Shown here: positions 9,150 through 18,040 of the stretch, in pieces
How positions within the stretch are numbered: position 1 is the first letter of the stretch
How the letters are laid out: each line of letters opens with the position of its first letter
Virus record (IMG/VR): IMGVR_UViG_3300009528_000013
Span: 1 to 64,000 of that record
Source of the DNA: a virus
DNA length: 64,000 nt
Reading direction: 5' to 3' (one strand)
Translations under genes and position numbers: made by a program
The notes under the pieces: generated by a model
Database searches by the model: none
Told to the model about the DNA's origin: nothing
What the model saw: only the letters and a program-made list of their open reading frames with translations

Positions 9150-9524
9150 TTATCTTACGATTGGCTTAATATGCACACGCCTATCATAGATCGAACAAAA
9201 ATGTTTCTGAGGATGCACACCCTCAACATATTCAAGGAGCGCCATGTTCGCTATGTCCACAAGCAACTCATCGTTGCCCGTCTCCCTATACTGCTTCGCG
9301 CGCTGTATGATCTCGGAAATCCTATCATACTGGGGCTTGGAAGCACTTCCTATCTTTCCATACCGCAATGCCCCTATGATAAGCCGGTTGCGCATCAACT
9401 GCTCAAAATCCGGCGACCACTCCGAACGCTCCAACAAGCCCAAATCAACACTACCTTCGGCAAAAATATCAGACAAACCAAGTTGATCCAGCAGATGCTT
9501 CCTAATATCGTCATGAATACTCAT
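9150..9524 (-). CDS. possible MazG-like all-alpha NTP pyrophosphohydrolase-related protein
   Basis: GALRYG and ELLVDIANMALLE resemble the ExxDxAN motif of MazG-like folds; family call tentative. Confidence 0.4.
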   Translation of the reverse strand: MSIHDDIRKHLLDQLGLSDIFAEGSVDLGLLERSEWSPDFEQLMRNRLIIGALRYGKIGSASKPQYDRISEIIQRAKQYRETGNDELLVDIANMALLEYVEGVHPQKHFCSIYDRRVHIKPIVR

Positions 9525-9565
9525 TCTTCCTTACCTTTTTTTTGGCTGTGGTTTCTTTGCCATCG

Positions 9566-9778
9566 TCACATCTTCCTCCTCAGAGACGGTGTCGGTTGGA
9601 CCTTCAAAATTCTGCGGCAAAGTGTAGAGCCGTTGAGTCGGTCATAACCCATCGTCATCGGACACCGATCCCCTGCTCTTAAATTGCAATTAAGCGGACG
9701 GTCTGTATCAAATTTATGACCGCGTGAGCATACGAATTTCATAGCCGTAAGAGTGGCCGCGGCAACGGGCCGAACCAC
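9566..9778 (-). CDS. small Zn-ribbon hypothetical protein
   Basis: CSRGH..C..CP..C. Confidence 0.45.
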   Translation of the reverse strand: MVRPVAAATLTAMKFVCSRGHKFDTDRPLNCNLRAGDRCPMTMGYDRLNGSTLCRRILKVQPTPSLRRKM

Positions 9779-10200
9779 CTACCTTTCATTTTCAATACTG
9801 ACTCGTATGAATAGAATCTGGTAAAGTTTGGGCTACAAATTTCTCCAAATAATCCGCTCCCCTTGGTCTCTGCTACTTGACAGATGAGGAATGTTCCTGG
9901 CTTACAACGCCCGTCAACGTAGTAGTATATACCCGGTTCCGTCGGAGGTTCTTCTCTTGGACTGATAAGCTCTTTCGTTGAAATTCCGAAAGGGTAGTTC
10001 TTCAGGTTGCTCTCCGGACCGTGATAGATCACAGATTCTGACTCTTCATCGTACCGCCACTGGCCGGGGAATAATTCATTCAGCCGTTCTGCCATCAGCC
10101 TACAAGACTCCGGAGTGAACATCACATAGTCAGACCTCATCACATTAGCTTTTTGGATCACTACTTCGATAGTTTTGTCAGACATTATTCTCATCTCCAT
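9739..10200 (-). CDS. hypothetical protein
   Basis: 153 aa; PPTEPGIYYY...WFGPL pattern seen in small phage proteins. Confidence 0.55.
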   Translation of the reverse strand: MEMRIMSDKTIEVVIQKANVMRSDYVMFTPESCRLMAERLNELFPGQWRYDEESESVIYHGPESNLKNYPFGISTKELISPREEPPTEPGIYYYVDGRCKPGTFLICQVAETKGSGLFGEICSPNFTRFYSYESVLKMKGRWFGPLPRPLLRL

Positions 10201-11173
10201 GTTTGTAGAATTTTCTCCAAACTGACCGATAGGTTTTCCGAACTACAAAATCGTCCCAAAATTCTCGATCCACATTTTTGGGAAGATCGCTCAACTCCGA
10301 TAGCCGTTCCAACTTATCCATCGTGGCTTCCAATGTCGGAGCAACTTCGGTCGTGTAGTCCAGTTCACCCCACTTAACCGATTTTAGATATTCAGCTAAC
10401 CTCAGAGGAAAGGTGATCGTCCCGTGTTCCAGGATTTCCTCTACCTCGAAGGCTGCACGAAGGGCATGGGAGATTGCCTTCCAGTCGATTCCCTTACTTT
10501 CTTTTGCAGCTTTAGCTCGTTCTCCGTAGTTCTCACAGAACTTTTCGAGTATAGAATAAGCATAACCGATCGATACCGTCTCTTGGATCTGGCGACCACA
10601 GACTTCATAGGTAGGCAATCCCATTTTGTCAGTCCCAAAAAAAATGTGTTCTCCTCCGGGGAGAAAACCCCATACTTCTTTCAGCCGCTTCTCGATGAAT
10701 CCCATCTCAATTTGAAGTTCAAGAAATTTCTTCGCCCGCTCCGCCGCCTCCAGCCTACTCCCTTTGATCCCATACTTGGCTGCCTGCTTGCGGGCATAGC
10801 CCACAAACGCCTTTAGGTTCTTGGTCAAAAAGCGATTGCGGTTAGCTACAATATCCTCCCATATTTGACTGGATTCCAAGATCATATCGTCTGGAGTGTA
10901 GAGCATATCGAGCGCAATGGTCTGTCCTTCGCAAGCCAGCTTGATGAAATAGTGAAAAGAATATATCTCGGTATCCACATCCCACGGCTGGTTCTTCCGT
11001 CCCTCGCCGGTCCTGGCGGTGGAAAAGGAAACATTCTTCGGGATCCTGCCCAACAATACCTGCTCTCCGGTCGGCATGAAGACTCCCTTATAGTCCATAT
11101 CGGAAAGCTCAGTATTTGTGCCGTAGAGATGACTCCCGAAAATCGTTTTGACAATGATATTCAGATTTTCCAT
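10178..11173 (-). CDS. RlaP-like / T4 NrdC.11-like Pol-beta superfamily nucleotidyltransferase
   Basis: FGSHLYGTNTELSDMDYKGVF (GS...DxD), GYARKQAAKY, WKAISHALR. Confidence 0.85.
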   Translation of the reverse strand: MENLNIIVKTIFGSHLYGTNTELSDMDYKGVFMPTGEQVLLGRIPKNVSFSTARTGEGRKNQPWDVDTEIYSFHYFIKLACEGQTIALDMLYTPDDMILESSQIWEDIVANRNRFLTKNLKAFVGYARKQAAKYGIKGSRLEAAERAKKFLELQIEMGFIEKRLKEVWGFLPGGEHIFFGTDKMGLPTYEVCGRQIQETVSIGYAYSILEKFCENYGERAKAAKESKGIDWKAISHALRAAFEVEEILEHGTITFPLRLAEYLKSVKWGELDYTTEVAPTLEATMDKLERLSELSDLPKNVDREFWDDFVVRKTYRSVWRKFYKHGDENNV

Positions 11174-11367
11174 TCCGCTTCTTCCAGCTTTGCCCTTGTC
11201 TTTGAGATCACAGCTTCAATTGCACAACTTGTACAGTGACCCGCTCGCGGTGGCTGTGCCCGTTTGAGAGGAGTCTTTTCTGTTGGCTTATTCCGCATCC
11301 AACCCCTGCATTCAGAACATTTCAAACGAACATCCCGTCTGCGAAACTCCTCAGTGCTCCAGGGCAC
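11161..11367 (-). CDS. small Zn-finger protein
   Basis: CSEC...CTSC. Confidence 0.5.
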   Translation of the reverse strand: MPWSTEEFRRRDVRLKCSECRGWMRNKPTEKTPLKRAQPPRAGHCTSCAIEAVISKTRAKLEEAEWKI

Positions 11368-11387
11368 GACATCCTCCTTTTTCTAAT

Positions 11388-11636
11388 TCAACAGGACTTC
11401 CTTTTAAGCCACTCTTTGCGTTCTTCATCATCCTCGTATCGTAATGCCGTAGTCAACAGATTTGGCTTGTTACCAGCAACACTATTGAGTCTCGGTAGAC
11501 CGTGATGACAATGATCGTGTAGATCGTCTATAATCTCCGATAAAAGATCTAAGACATCTTGTGCCTGTCCATCATCTTCTAACTTGGTCTTTAACCAGAT
11601 TAGAGATCTTTGCATGATGTCGAATGTGCTGCTCAT
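11388..11636 (-). CDS. hypothetical protein
   Basis: 82 aa, coupled. Confidence 0.55.
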   Translation of the reverse strand: MSSTFDIMQRSLIWLKTKLEDDGQAQDVLDLLSEIIDDLHDHCHHGLPRLNSVAGNKPNLLTTALRYEDDEERKEWLKRKSC

Positions 11637-11971
11637 ATTTCTCCTTCTTCAACTAAATGCGACTTAGCCGGAATAATTTGGCCGTCCTGGATCTGCCATC
11701 CAGAAGGGAATTGGTCTCTTATGTAACTGAAGACCACTTCTAAGTCCCTTAAATGTCCCACAAACTCAACTTCGGGAGGTTCTAAATAAGCAGCGGGATA
11801 ACGAACCACCACCAAATCTCCCGAATGGTAAATCTCCGCTTTTCCCTCCGGAGAAAATCCCCAACACCAGGGGGGACACTTTGCGTACTCTCGCGATTCT
11901 TTTGCCATCTCCTCTATCCCCCTACCTTGCTCGGCTCTGGACCGTAGTGGTGTGCTCCGAGAAAGATCCAT
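11633..11971 (-). CDS. hypothetical protein
   Basis: ORF in operon; start uncertain. Confidence 0.5.
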   Translation of the reverse strand: MDLSRSTPLRSRAEQGRGIEEMAKESREYAKCPPWCWGFSPEGKAEIYHSGDLVVVRYPAAYLEPPEVEFVGHLRDLEVVFSYIRDQFPSGWQIQDGQIIPAKSHLVEEGEI

Positions 11972-12372
11972 CGGGTATCGCCGAGCGGAGAACGTTCCCC
12001 GGTGACTCGGACAGTGATCTCAACGATTGCACCATCTCCCGGCACGCTCTCTAAATAGTTTTGGATTGGCCCCGTCCAATTGATCTCCTGGTCCGTCTTT
12101 TCGTCATGCAACATCCCGCAGTAGGGACGATGCCCCCCCGACCAGTAATCTCTTTTGAACCCGCGGATTACCAACCGGTCAATCTCTAATATCTCCAGGA
12201 CTTCTAACTTTATCCCCGGAGGAACCTTAATCGCCAACTTCAGACGAATTCTAAGGTCCGCATTATCTGGATCATGAGCCCGTATAGTCCCTGAACCAGT
12301 CTCCACCACTTTTCCAGAAAGATTGCGTAATTCATATCGGTAACTATATTCGATCATCGCATTTACCTCCAC
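11914..12372 (-). CDS. hypothetical protein
   Basis: 152 aa ORF in operon. Confidence 0.55.
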   Translation of the reverse strand: MEVNAMIEYSYRYELRNLSGKVVETGSGTIRAHDPDNADLRIRLKLAIKVPPGIKLEVLEILEIDRLVIRGFKRDYWSGGHRPYCGMLHDEKTDQEINWTGPIQNYLESVPGDGAIVEITVRVTGERSPLGDTRWIFLGAHHYGPEPSKVGG

Positions 12373-12692
12373 AATCCGAAGTGCTCAGCGACCTCCTGTA
12401 TCGAAGTTGCGGGAACAAAAAGACTGTCCCATCGACCCTTAGTCCCTCCGCAAGCCATCCATCCATGCTCTATCACATCGGAACAATGTCCTTGAGCGAT
12501 CGGAAGATGTTCGAGTCCCATCTTCTTGAGAATGGCTTTACTTCTGTCATCGACGTAGAAAGACTCGAATCCGGTAACTCCCCCTTTGACGATGCTGAGG
12601 ACGGCGCCCTCTAATTCAAAGGTTACTTCTACAGACGATTCCTTGCCTGTCGAACAGTTACCACGTATTGCTTGTACGACTATTTGTTCCAC
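12363..12692 (-). CDS. hypothetical protein
   Basis: 109 aa ORF in operon. Confidence 0.55.
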   Translation of the reverse strand: MEQIVVQAIRGNCSTGKESSVEVTFELEGAVLSIVKGGVTGFESFYVDDRSKAILKKMGLEHLPIAQGHCSDVIEHGWMACGGTKGRWDSLFVPATSIQEVAEHFGLWR

Positions 12693-12698
12693 GATTAT

Positions 12699-13292
12699 TT
12701 ATCTCCCGTCATTATGGATCATGTCCAAGTACGCATCGTGATTATCTCTCCAATCTCCTCTTTCTATATCTTTTCGTACTTGCTCTTTCCAGTGTATCGG
12801 ATTTCCTGTGAAACCTTCAATCCAGAAGTTAGCCCATAGCCACCACTCGGGAGCAATCAGCCAAGAGTATTTATCTGCCCTCTTCAGAAGTGATTGCGGG
12901 ACCCCACTCTTCTCGGTATGACCTGCAACAAGCTGATAACCCTTATCTCCGAATAAGAGACTTGCGATTCTGGCCCCTAAACGCCAGTGGTTATCTTTTG
13001 CCTTTGGATCTGATAAGTATTGAAGCCCAATATGCCCGATGTCGTGAAGAAGAATACATATAATTTCCCAGGGTTTCGGATATGTTCCGTATAATCTACG
13101 CCATGCCTTGAACACGTAGTAGCTGTGTATCGAAGAATGGCAACCAATTAGAACGCTCCGAGTTCCTTCCGTCATCACTCTTGCCCTTTCACGATGATCT
13201 TTCCGATCGCGGCCTCTGCTTTCAATCCACAGGCTTCGCACAAACGTAGAGACCGTTCCACCTTTTCGTCTCGTATCCAGGCTACTGCCCAC
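12699..13292 (-). CDS. HD-domain phosphohydrolase
   Basis: H..IHS...LLHDIGH...NHW...GH...ADK: H, HD, H, H, D arrangement. Confidence 0.75.
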   Translation of the reverse strand: MGSSLDTRRKGGTVSTFVRSLWIESRGRDRKDHRERARVMTEGTRSVLIGCHSSIHSYYVFKAWRRLYGTYPKPWEIICILLHDIGHIGLQYLSDPKAKDNHWRLGARIASLLFGDKGYQLVAGHTEKSGVPQSLLKRADKYSWLIAPEWWLWANFWIEGFTGNPIHWKEQVRKDIERGDWRDNHDAYLDMIHNDGR

Positions 13293-13459
13293 CGTTGCAC
13301 ACCTAATTTAGCAAAGCAGGCTGAGCACCGGCAAGTCTCGATGAGTTGCGGTACAGTAATCGGCCTACGCCAGACCACTCTTAGAACTTCAACTAGCTCC
13401 TGTTTCGTCGAAGGTTTTGTGATCGTAAACATGACACTCCTTCCGAAAGATCGGATCAT
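13175..13459 (-). CDS. hypothetical Zn-finger protein
   Basis: CSAC...CEAC. Confidence 0.5.
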   Translation of the reverse strand: MIRSFGRSVMFTITKPSTKQELVEVLRVVWRRPITVPQLIETCRCSACFAKLGVQRWAVAWIRDEKVERSLRLCEACGLKAEAAIGKIIVKGQE

Positions 13460-13480
13460 CTTTCTTTGCCGGATACCAGA

Positions 13481-13897
13481 TTATGCCGTCCGGCGTCTTC
13501 GGGTCGAACTTATTCCGTGTCTTCCCGCCCATTTCTCAATAGCCTCCGCAAACTCCTTTGAATGTTTCGGACAGTGATTGAGGACAAGCTCCGTTATCCC
13601 GGTCTTGACTTCAATTTTCCCCCACCCGGCGTCAATTTCCCTTTCTCCGATATGGAAAACAGACGCAGGACAGAAAGAGCACTTTTGCGATGCCCGTAAA
13701 ACCATAGTTTCTCGATCTCCCGATACTCGCTTGACATGGCCGTGATCTCTTCCGCAGCCAGGACACGGTACTTGTGTCCAAATTACCAGTGATTCCCCGT
13801 CCCTCACCATCTTAACGTTACTCCGATAGACAGCACCACAGCGACAATATACTGTATCGCTCGGAACTTCTTCAAAGACACTCCAATCAATGGTCAC
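13481..13897 (-). CDS. hypothetical Cys-rich protein
   Basis: CRCG, CPGC, CSFC, HCPKH. Confidence 0.55.
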   Translation of the reverse strand: MTIDWSVFEEVPSDTVYCRCGAVYRSNVKMVRDGESLVIWTQVPCPGCGRDHGHVKRVSGDRETMVLRASQKCSFCPASVFHIGEREIDAGWGKIEVKTGITELVLNHCPKHSKEFAEAIEKWAGRHGISSTRRRRTA

Positions 13898-13912
13898 TGT
13901 ATCCTCCTTCTA

Positions 13913-14653
13913 CTAACTCGCTTTTCGAAGTCTCGATAGATTCGGCTTCTTCCTAACTTCGGTAAACCTCGATAGCTCTTCGATAAGTTTCTGGATTTCC
14001 GACCAAGATGGCTCAGGTAGATGATGTCCTTTGGAATCCGCACCGATATTGACGAAATCCGGCGCGATTGCTTCCATCCACTTCACCATTACATCCAGAT
14101 CGAACTCCATGATCGGTTCTAGAGTTATCATTATGCTCAAGCCGACTTTCGATCCGGCTTTCGATACCAGTTCCATTGCCGAAGCTCGCTGTGGGAGACT
14201 TGGAGCGCTCGAAATACTTATGAAGCCCTCTTGTTCCGTGGGGAACAATCCAAGTGATCCTGACCGGACTGGCCGCGTCTGGTACCGATTCGTTTCAATC
14301 GTCGTACCGAGTGTGGTGCGCTCCGGGAACCGGCTCATGAACTCAAGAAAGCGGGCCGAATTCTTCGTCTGGAAAAGATACTGATTATCGAAGAGACGAC
14401 AGTACTTCAGGACCTGTAAGATCCAATCCGCAGAAATGCGATCTGCGAACATATCCGTTGAGCTTCCCAAAAAGATAAAGTTCCCCTGTCCCAGATCAGT
14501 TTTCATTTCCTTCGGAACGAGGCGAAAAATTCCCTGATTCGGGTGAACATAACAGTAAGCGCACTTGTGCGGGCACTGCCCTCGAATCGGATTCCAAGTA
14601 TCAGTGATCCAGGGATACATGTTCGACTTGCCGGACTGTTTGTTCATCGGCAT
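13913..14653 (-). CDS. DUF5131 / phage Gp37Gp68-family radical-SAM-like protein
   Basis: TWNPIRGQCPHKCAYCY (CxxxCxxC), FLGSSTDMF, YLFQTKN, GTTIETN, LEPI, VNIGADS. Confidence 0.85.
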   Translation of the reverse strand: MPMNKQSGKSNMYPWITDTWNPIRGQCPHKCAYCYVHPNQGIFRLVPKEMKTDLGQGNFIFLGSSTDMFADRISADWILQVLKYCRLFDNQYLFQTKNSARFLEFMSRFPERTTLGTTIETNRYQTRPVRSGSLGLFPTEQEGFISISSAPSLPQRASAMELVSKAGSKVGLSIMITLEPIMEFDLDVMVKWMEAIAPDFVNIGADSKGHHLPEPSWSEIQKLIEELSRFTEVRKKPNLSRLRKAS

Positions 14654-15314
14654 CTGGAATTCCCTCCGCTTTTAGTTTTTCGAGATCTGAGTACTCGAGT
14701 CGTTCTTCCCAGGAGAAATTTAGAACCCAGTCCCAAGGATCGGCATTCCATCCGTAACCCCGTTCTTGATTCAGAGCGTCCCAGGTTTCCCTGAATTCCC
14801 GACGATCACCGGAAGGAAAACCTTCACAAATGACACTGGCCTCACCGATCCCCTGAAGCTCCTCGACGCGCCGATTGGTCAATGTGAGATACGTCCGAGC
14901 CGCGAACCCAGGCATGAACCTCGAAGGCAGATACCTTCTTTTCCACTGCCAGATTACGTCCTCTCTCCCCTCGGGGGTCCCCGTTCTTCGAAGGACCGGC
15001 TCACCATCGCTTTCGTATCTGACCTCCTTCGATGGAAGTGGTCCTTGCACCAACGGCTCTCGAACCCAGAGCAAATCGCCGGGCTGATAAGTGCACAGAT
15101 TGAGCATTTCGCCTTCGGTATATCGCTTGCCTTTCCATCCCCAGACCAAGGCACAGTTAGCAAGCGGGGTATAAACCGGCTGTGGAACGACCACCCGGCG
15201 CGATTCCCCCTTCAGGCGCTCCCGGATCCTTCGCACCGAATCAACAGTCATCGGAATCGGTTTAATTCTCATCAGCATTCTTCCTTTCAGTTTGATACCG
15301 TATTTATCTGGCAA
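14601..15314 (-). CDS. ASCH/PUA-like phage protein
   Basis: RRVV.PQP, GDLLWVREP, PSRFMP..AAR..L.L...RVEELQ.I, F...W...N...W..DPW motifs. Confidence 0.6.
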   Translation of the reverse strand: MPDKYGIKLKGRMLMRIKPIPMTVDSVRRIRERLKGESRRVVVPQPVYTPLANCALVWGWKGKRYTEGEMLNLCTYQPGDLLWVREPLVQGPLPSKEVRYESDGEPVLRRTGTPEGREDVIWQWKRRYLPSRFMPGFAARTYLTLTNRRVEELQGIGEASVICEGFPSGDRREFRETWDALNQERGYGWNADPWDWVLNFSWEERLEYSDLEKLKAEGIPDADEQTVRQVEHVSLDH

Positions 15315-15585
15315 ACTTCTCTCGTGTCTGGAGTATCTTCTTGCGAATGTTTTCCGGAGTTACATCATCGATTGGCAATATCATCTCACTTTTAACAACA
15401 CCCGCATCATCGCAGAATAAACAAGATCTGGCGATTTGCCGATAACCCCCCGTTGGATTCCCCAATAGACCCCACCGCCCTGCTCTACGATCATTTGACG
15501 TTCGACTTCCTCCTCCATTGGTGTAAGCGCCTCTTTTGCCTCCATCCTTTCCTCTTCCCTTTATCGTTTTGGTTCAGCTATATAG

Positions 15586-15765
15586 CTACACGACAGTCGG
15601 AATCCACTCGTCGTTGTGAATCCGGACGAATGCCACGACACCCTCACAGTGATCGCAGTACATCTCGACCTCAACATAATCTTCGTTGATTCTTTGGATG
15701 TCGAAATTGCTGAAGCTATCGACTCTGGTGTGGCACTTCGGGCAGTATATCTTGATCTTCTCCAT
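15586..15765 (-). CDS. small Zn-ribbon protein (59 aa)
   Basis: Manual translation MEKIKIYCPKCH...YCDHCEG...; below track cutoff. Confidence 0.55.
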   Translation of the reverse strand: MEKIKIYCPKCHTRVDSFSNFDIQRINEDYVEVEMYCDHCEGVVAFVRIHNDEWIPTVV

Positions 15766-15788
15766 GTCTATCCACTTCCTTGTTCTTA

Positions 15789-16466
15789 TTAGCTAATTCT
15801 ACCTATGATCTCTCTCGGAATAATCCACGGCGTTGTATGCGTTCCAGATGGTGCTGAATCTACCCAATATACTTGGATTCCGACATCAAATTTAGCGCGA
15901 TAAAACGAGGCGGCAGAAAGAAGTCTCTCCGCTCTTGCTCGAATATCCATCCAACTCGATAGACTCCGAAGATGACGAGTATTTGAATTAGCAAAGCATG
16001 AGGCAAGAACCCTCCACTTCTGTTCCTTTAAGTCTCCGCACTGGCACCCTAAAAGCGCGACAGGACTTTCATCTGAGTACGCGAGAGGATTTCTACGACG
16101 GAAAGCCCGCAATAAGATTTTGGCATCCGGATCCTCTCCGGCCGAGTACACAAAAATCCCCAGAGAGTCTTCGAATGCCTTGATCCTCTCGTTTAACTGA
16201 TAAATCAGATTACCTCCAATCCGCCGCGGCTCTACCTGATTGAGAAAGATATTGACAGGACTGAGCGATTGAAAGCTATCTTCTCGGACTCGGACAACCT
16301 TGAGGCACTTCTGCATCCTAATCCTCCCACTCGTTAGCCAGCGTTGTGAGTTGTTCCCGGTAATCCTCTTCATCTTGTTCTCTCGATTCCCACAGGTCGA
16401 CATCTCGAAGATTCTCCCAGACTTCATCTCGAACCAAATCCGAGAGTACCGTCGGACCAGCCTCAC
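15789..16466 (-). CDS. hypothetical protein, paralog of 21438..21845
   Basis: C-terminal ~140 aa (GGNLIYQL...FEDSLGIFV...CQCGDLK...LSSWM...TTPWIIPRE) matches the paralog; N-terminal part of the track ORF may not be translated. Confidence 0.6.
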   Translation of the reverse strand: MRLVRRYSRIWFEMKSGRIFEMSTCGNRENKMKRITGNNSQRWLTSGRIRMQKCLKVVRVREDSFQSLSPVNIFLNQVEPRRIGGNLIYQLNERIKAFEDSLGIFVYSAGEDPDAKILLRAFRRRNPLAYSDESPVALLGCQCGDLKEQKWRVLASCFANSNTRHLRSLSSWMDIRARAERLLSAASFYRAKFDVGIQVYWVDSAPSGTHTTPWIIPREIIGRIS

Positions 16467-16471
16467 CCTCG

Positions 16472-16717
16472 TTAATCCTCCGCGATTCGGCCAAGATAGA
16501 ATCCGGGATAACGCTTTTTCTTCTCTTCTCGACTAAGAGGTTTCTGTGATTCTGTATTGCACTCCGGAACAGAAACCCCCGCGTCGTTCATTCTGATTTT
16601 GATCTCTGGTGCGGTGCACATTTCGTCGGAACAAAACTTGCAGTCGAGGTTATCGCATTTTACGATCATCGGCCATACCCTCCTGATCGTCTCTGCCCGG
16701 AACGGGCTGATCTCCAA
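16472..16717 (-). CDS. small Cys-rich protein (DUF1540-like pattern)
   Basis: KCDNLDCKFCSDEMCTAPEIKI; likely start MIVKC. Confidence 0.5.
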   Translation of the reverse strand: MEISPFRAETIRRVWPMIVKCDNLDCKFCSDEMCTAPEIKIRMNDAGVSVPECNTESQKPLSREEKKKRYPGFYLGRIAED

Positions 16718-16767
16718 AAGGTGGTTGTAACTGCTGACAGCCTGCGGCGAGCCAGTAGAGGAACTGC

Positions 16768-16942
16768 GCCAGCCGATTTCTATTCGATGGATCCGCTTCC
16801 AACCAAAAGCTACAGAATTACGGTTGAATCAAAAGAGTTTCAATCCTTGTTTTAATGGATAGGTATCTAAACCAGTCGAATCGTCGGTAACGACTGTGAT
16901 GTTGAGGTTTCAATCCTTGTTTTGATGGATCGGTTCCGATAG
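16768..16942 (-). CRISPR. Mini CRISPR array: 3 repeats (36 nt; middle one intact, outer ones half-degenerate) and 2 spacers (34 and 33 nt); no cas genes in window
   Basis: Minus-strand repeats: 16942-16907 CTATCGGAACCGATCCATCAAAACAAGGATTGAAAC; 16872-16837 GTTTAGATACCTATCCATTAAAACAAGGATTGAAAC; 16803-16768 GTTGGAAGCGGATCCATCGAATAGAAATCGGCTGGC (degenerate). ATTGAAAC 3' end and ATCC/GGAT stem are typical of type I/III repeats. Confidence 0.8.
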
Positions 16943-16956
16943 TTTATCTACCAATT

Positions 16957-17088
16957 CTATCCCCTTTCTTTCGATCCGACCGGTCCTCTCGGAGGCGCAT
17001 CGGGTCGCTTGCAGACGAAGACGAGACCTGCAGTCGCACTGAGAATTATGAAACTCAGAATGATCCCTGTAATCCAACTACCGGACAT
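16957..17088 (-). CDS. small single-pass membrane protein (43 aa)
   Basis: Manual translation MSGSWITGIILSFIILSATAGLVFVCKRPDAPPRGPVGSKERG with GGAG RBS. Confidence 0.6.
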   Translation of the reverse strand: MSGSWITGIILSFIILSATAGLVFVCKRPDAPPRGPVGSKERG

Positions 17089-17098
17089 GGTATTCTCC

Positions 17099-17311
17099 TT
17101 AGAGTTGCCACACGTTTCCGTATCTGACTTTTACGAGTTCCGCACCGAATCCCTTTCGGTTCATCACTGAAGCAACCAGATCAGCTTCGCTCCTTGCCAT
17201 CCTCGTAGCGGCTACCGGGTCGGATGTCAATTCTGGCGTATTGTCCACCCCAGTAAACTTTATGAAGTATCCTGCTCCACTTCTTACGATACGATCCTTC
17301 TTCAGAGTCAT
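17099..17311 (-). CDS. hypothetical protein
   Basis: 70 aa with GGAG RBS. Confidence 0.55.
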   Translation of the reverse strand: MTLKKDRIVRSGAGYFIKFTGVDNTPELTSDPVAATRMARSEADLVASVMNRKGFGAELVKVRYGNVWQL

Positions 17312-17320
17312 AGCATTCTC

Positions 17321-17683
17321 CTACTCCTTATACCGAATAAATTTATAGTACCAATCCCGCTGTCCAGTATCACCGAAGGAAAAAAAGTCAAAGCGCTTAG
17401 CAGTCAACTCAAAGATAGCAACCCTACCGCTCTGCATATCAACTTCGACTTCTTCTCCATCTCCATCCCGCGTACCTCTTCCGATGTTGACGATCTGATC
17501 ACGGAAACAGCAGCGGTGCTCGAAATCAAGATGACTCGTATCAGTCTTTTTTCTTCTCAGCGTACCGATGTTCCTCGCAACGCTGACCCACAGGCTCGAC
17601 AATTTTTTCAAGATAACCCCACTCTCCAGTCTCTTCGTCAATTTCCCATTCGATCCGTATGTACTGAAACGCATATTTTGCAA
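17321..17683 (-). CDS. hypothetical protein
   Basis: Track ORF; real start probably ~80 aa from the C-terminus. Confidence 0.4.
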   Translation of the reverse strand: MQNMRFSTYGSNGKLTKRLESGVILKKLSSLWVSVARNIGTLRRKKTDTSHLDFEHRCCFRDQIVNIGRGTRDGDGEEVEVDMQSGRVAIFELTAKRFDFFSFGDTGQRDWYYKFIRYKE

Positions 17684-17777
17684 GCTTTCCGCATATATTA
17701 CAAGTCAACATCGGGCTCTCTCCTTTGCTTCGCCTGCCAATCCCATTTTTAAATACTTCTTCCAGTAATCCGGCCAA
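17541..17777 (-). CDS. small Zn-binding hypothetical protein
   Basis: CNICG...CEEH; likely start MLTCNIC. Confidence 0.45.
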   Translation of the reverse strand: MAGLLEEVFKNGIGRRSKGESPMLTCNICGKLAKYAFQYIRIEWEIDEETGEWGYLEKIVEPVGQRCEEHRYAEKKKD

Positions 17778-18040
17778 GTCTGCTTGATCTTCCCTGCATT
17801 CTGGGGATCTGCTCTATCGAGAGCTTTCCCCAAGCACTGGACGAAAGAACCCCCGAATTTTATCATAGCAGATGCGACCATAAGGGCTTCTTCAAGATTA
17901 GAGAGACCCACTAGTCCTCTTTCCTTCGGTTTTATGCTCCTCAATACGATCTCATGTGCGTCAAGGATACCAAACGGTTGCCGTTCTTTATCCACTGGAA
18001 CCCGCTCTCCGCTCATCGAATCTCCTTTTGCCTTGAGCAA
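17705..18040 (-). CDS. hypothetical protein
   Basis: FGGSFVQCLGKALDRADPQNAGKIKQTWPDYW is a recurrent small phage-protein pattern. Confidence 0.55.
   Translation of the reverse strand: MLKAKGDSMSGERVPVDKERQPFGILDAHEIVLRSIKPKERGLVGLSNLEEALMVASAMIKFGGSFVQCLGKALDRADPQNAGKIKQTWPDYWKKYLKMGLAGEAKERARC

Noticed and set aside
8700-9647. Long plus-strand ORFs in the left arm (e.g. 8700..9647, 34276..35169, 14766..15395) and minus-strand ORFs in the right arm (e.g. 44963..45733, 58906..59625)
   Set aside because: Antisense shadows of well-supported genes; no RBS or motifs
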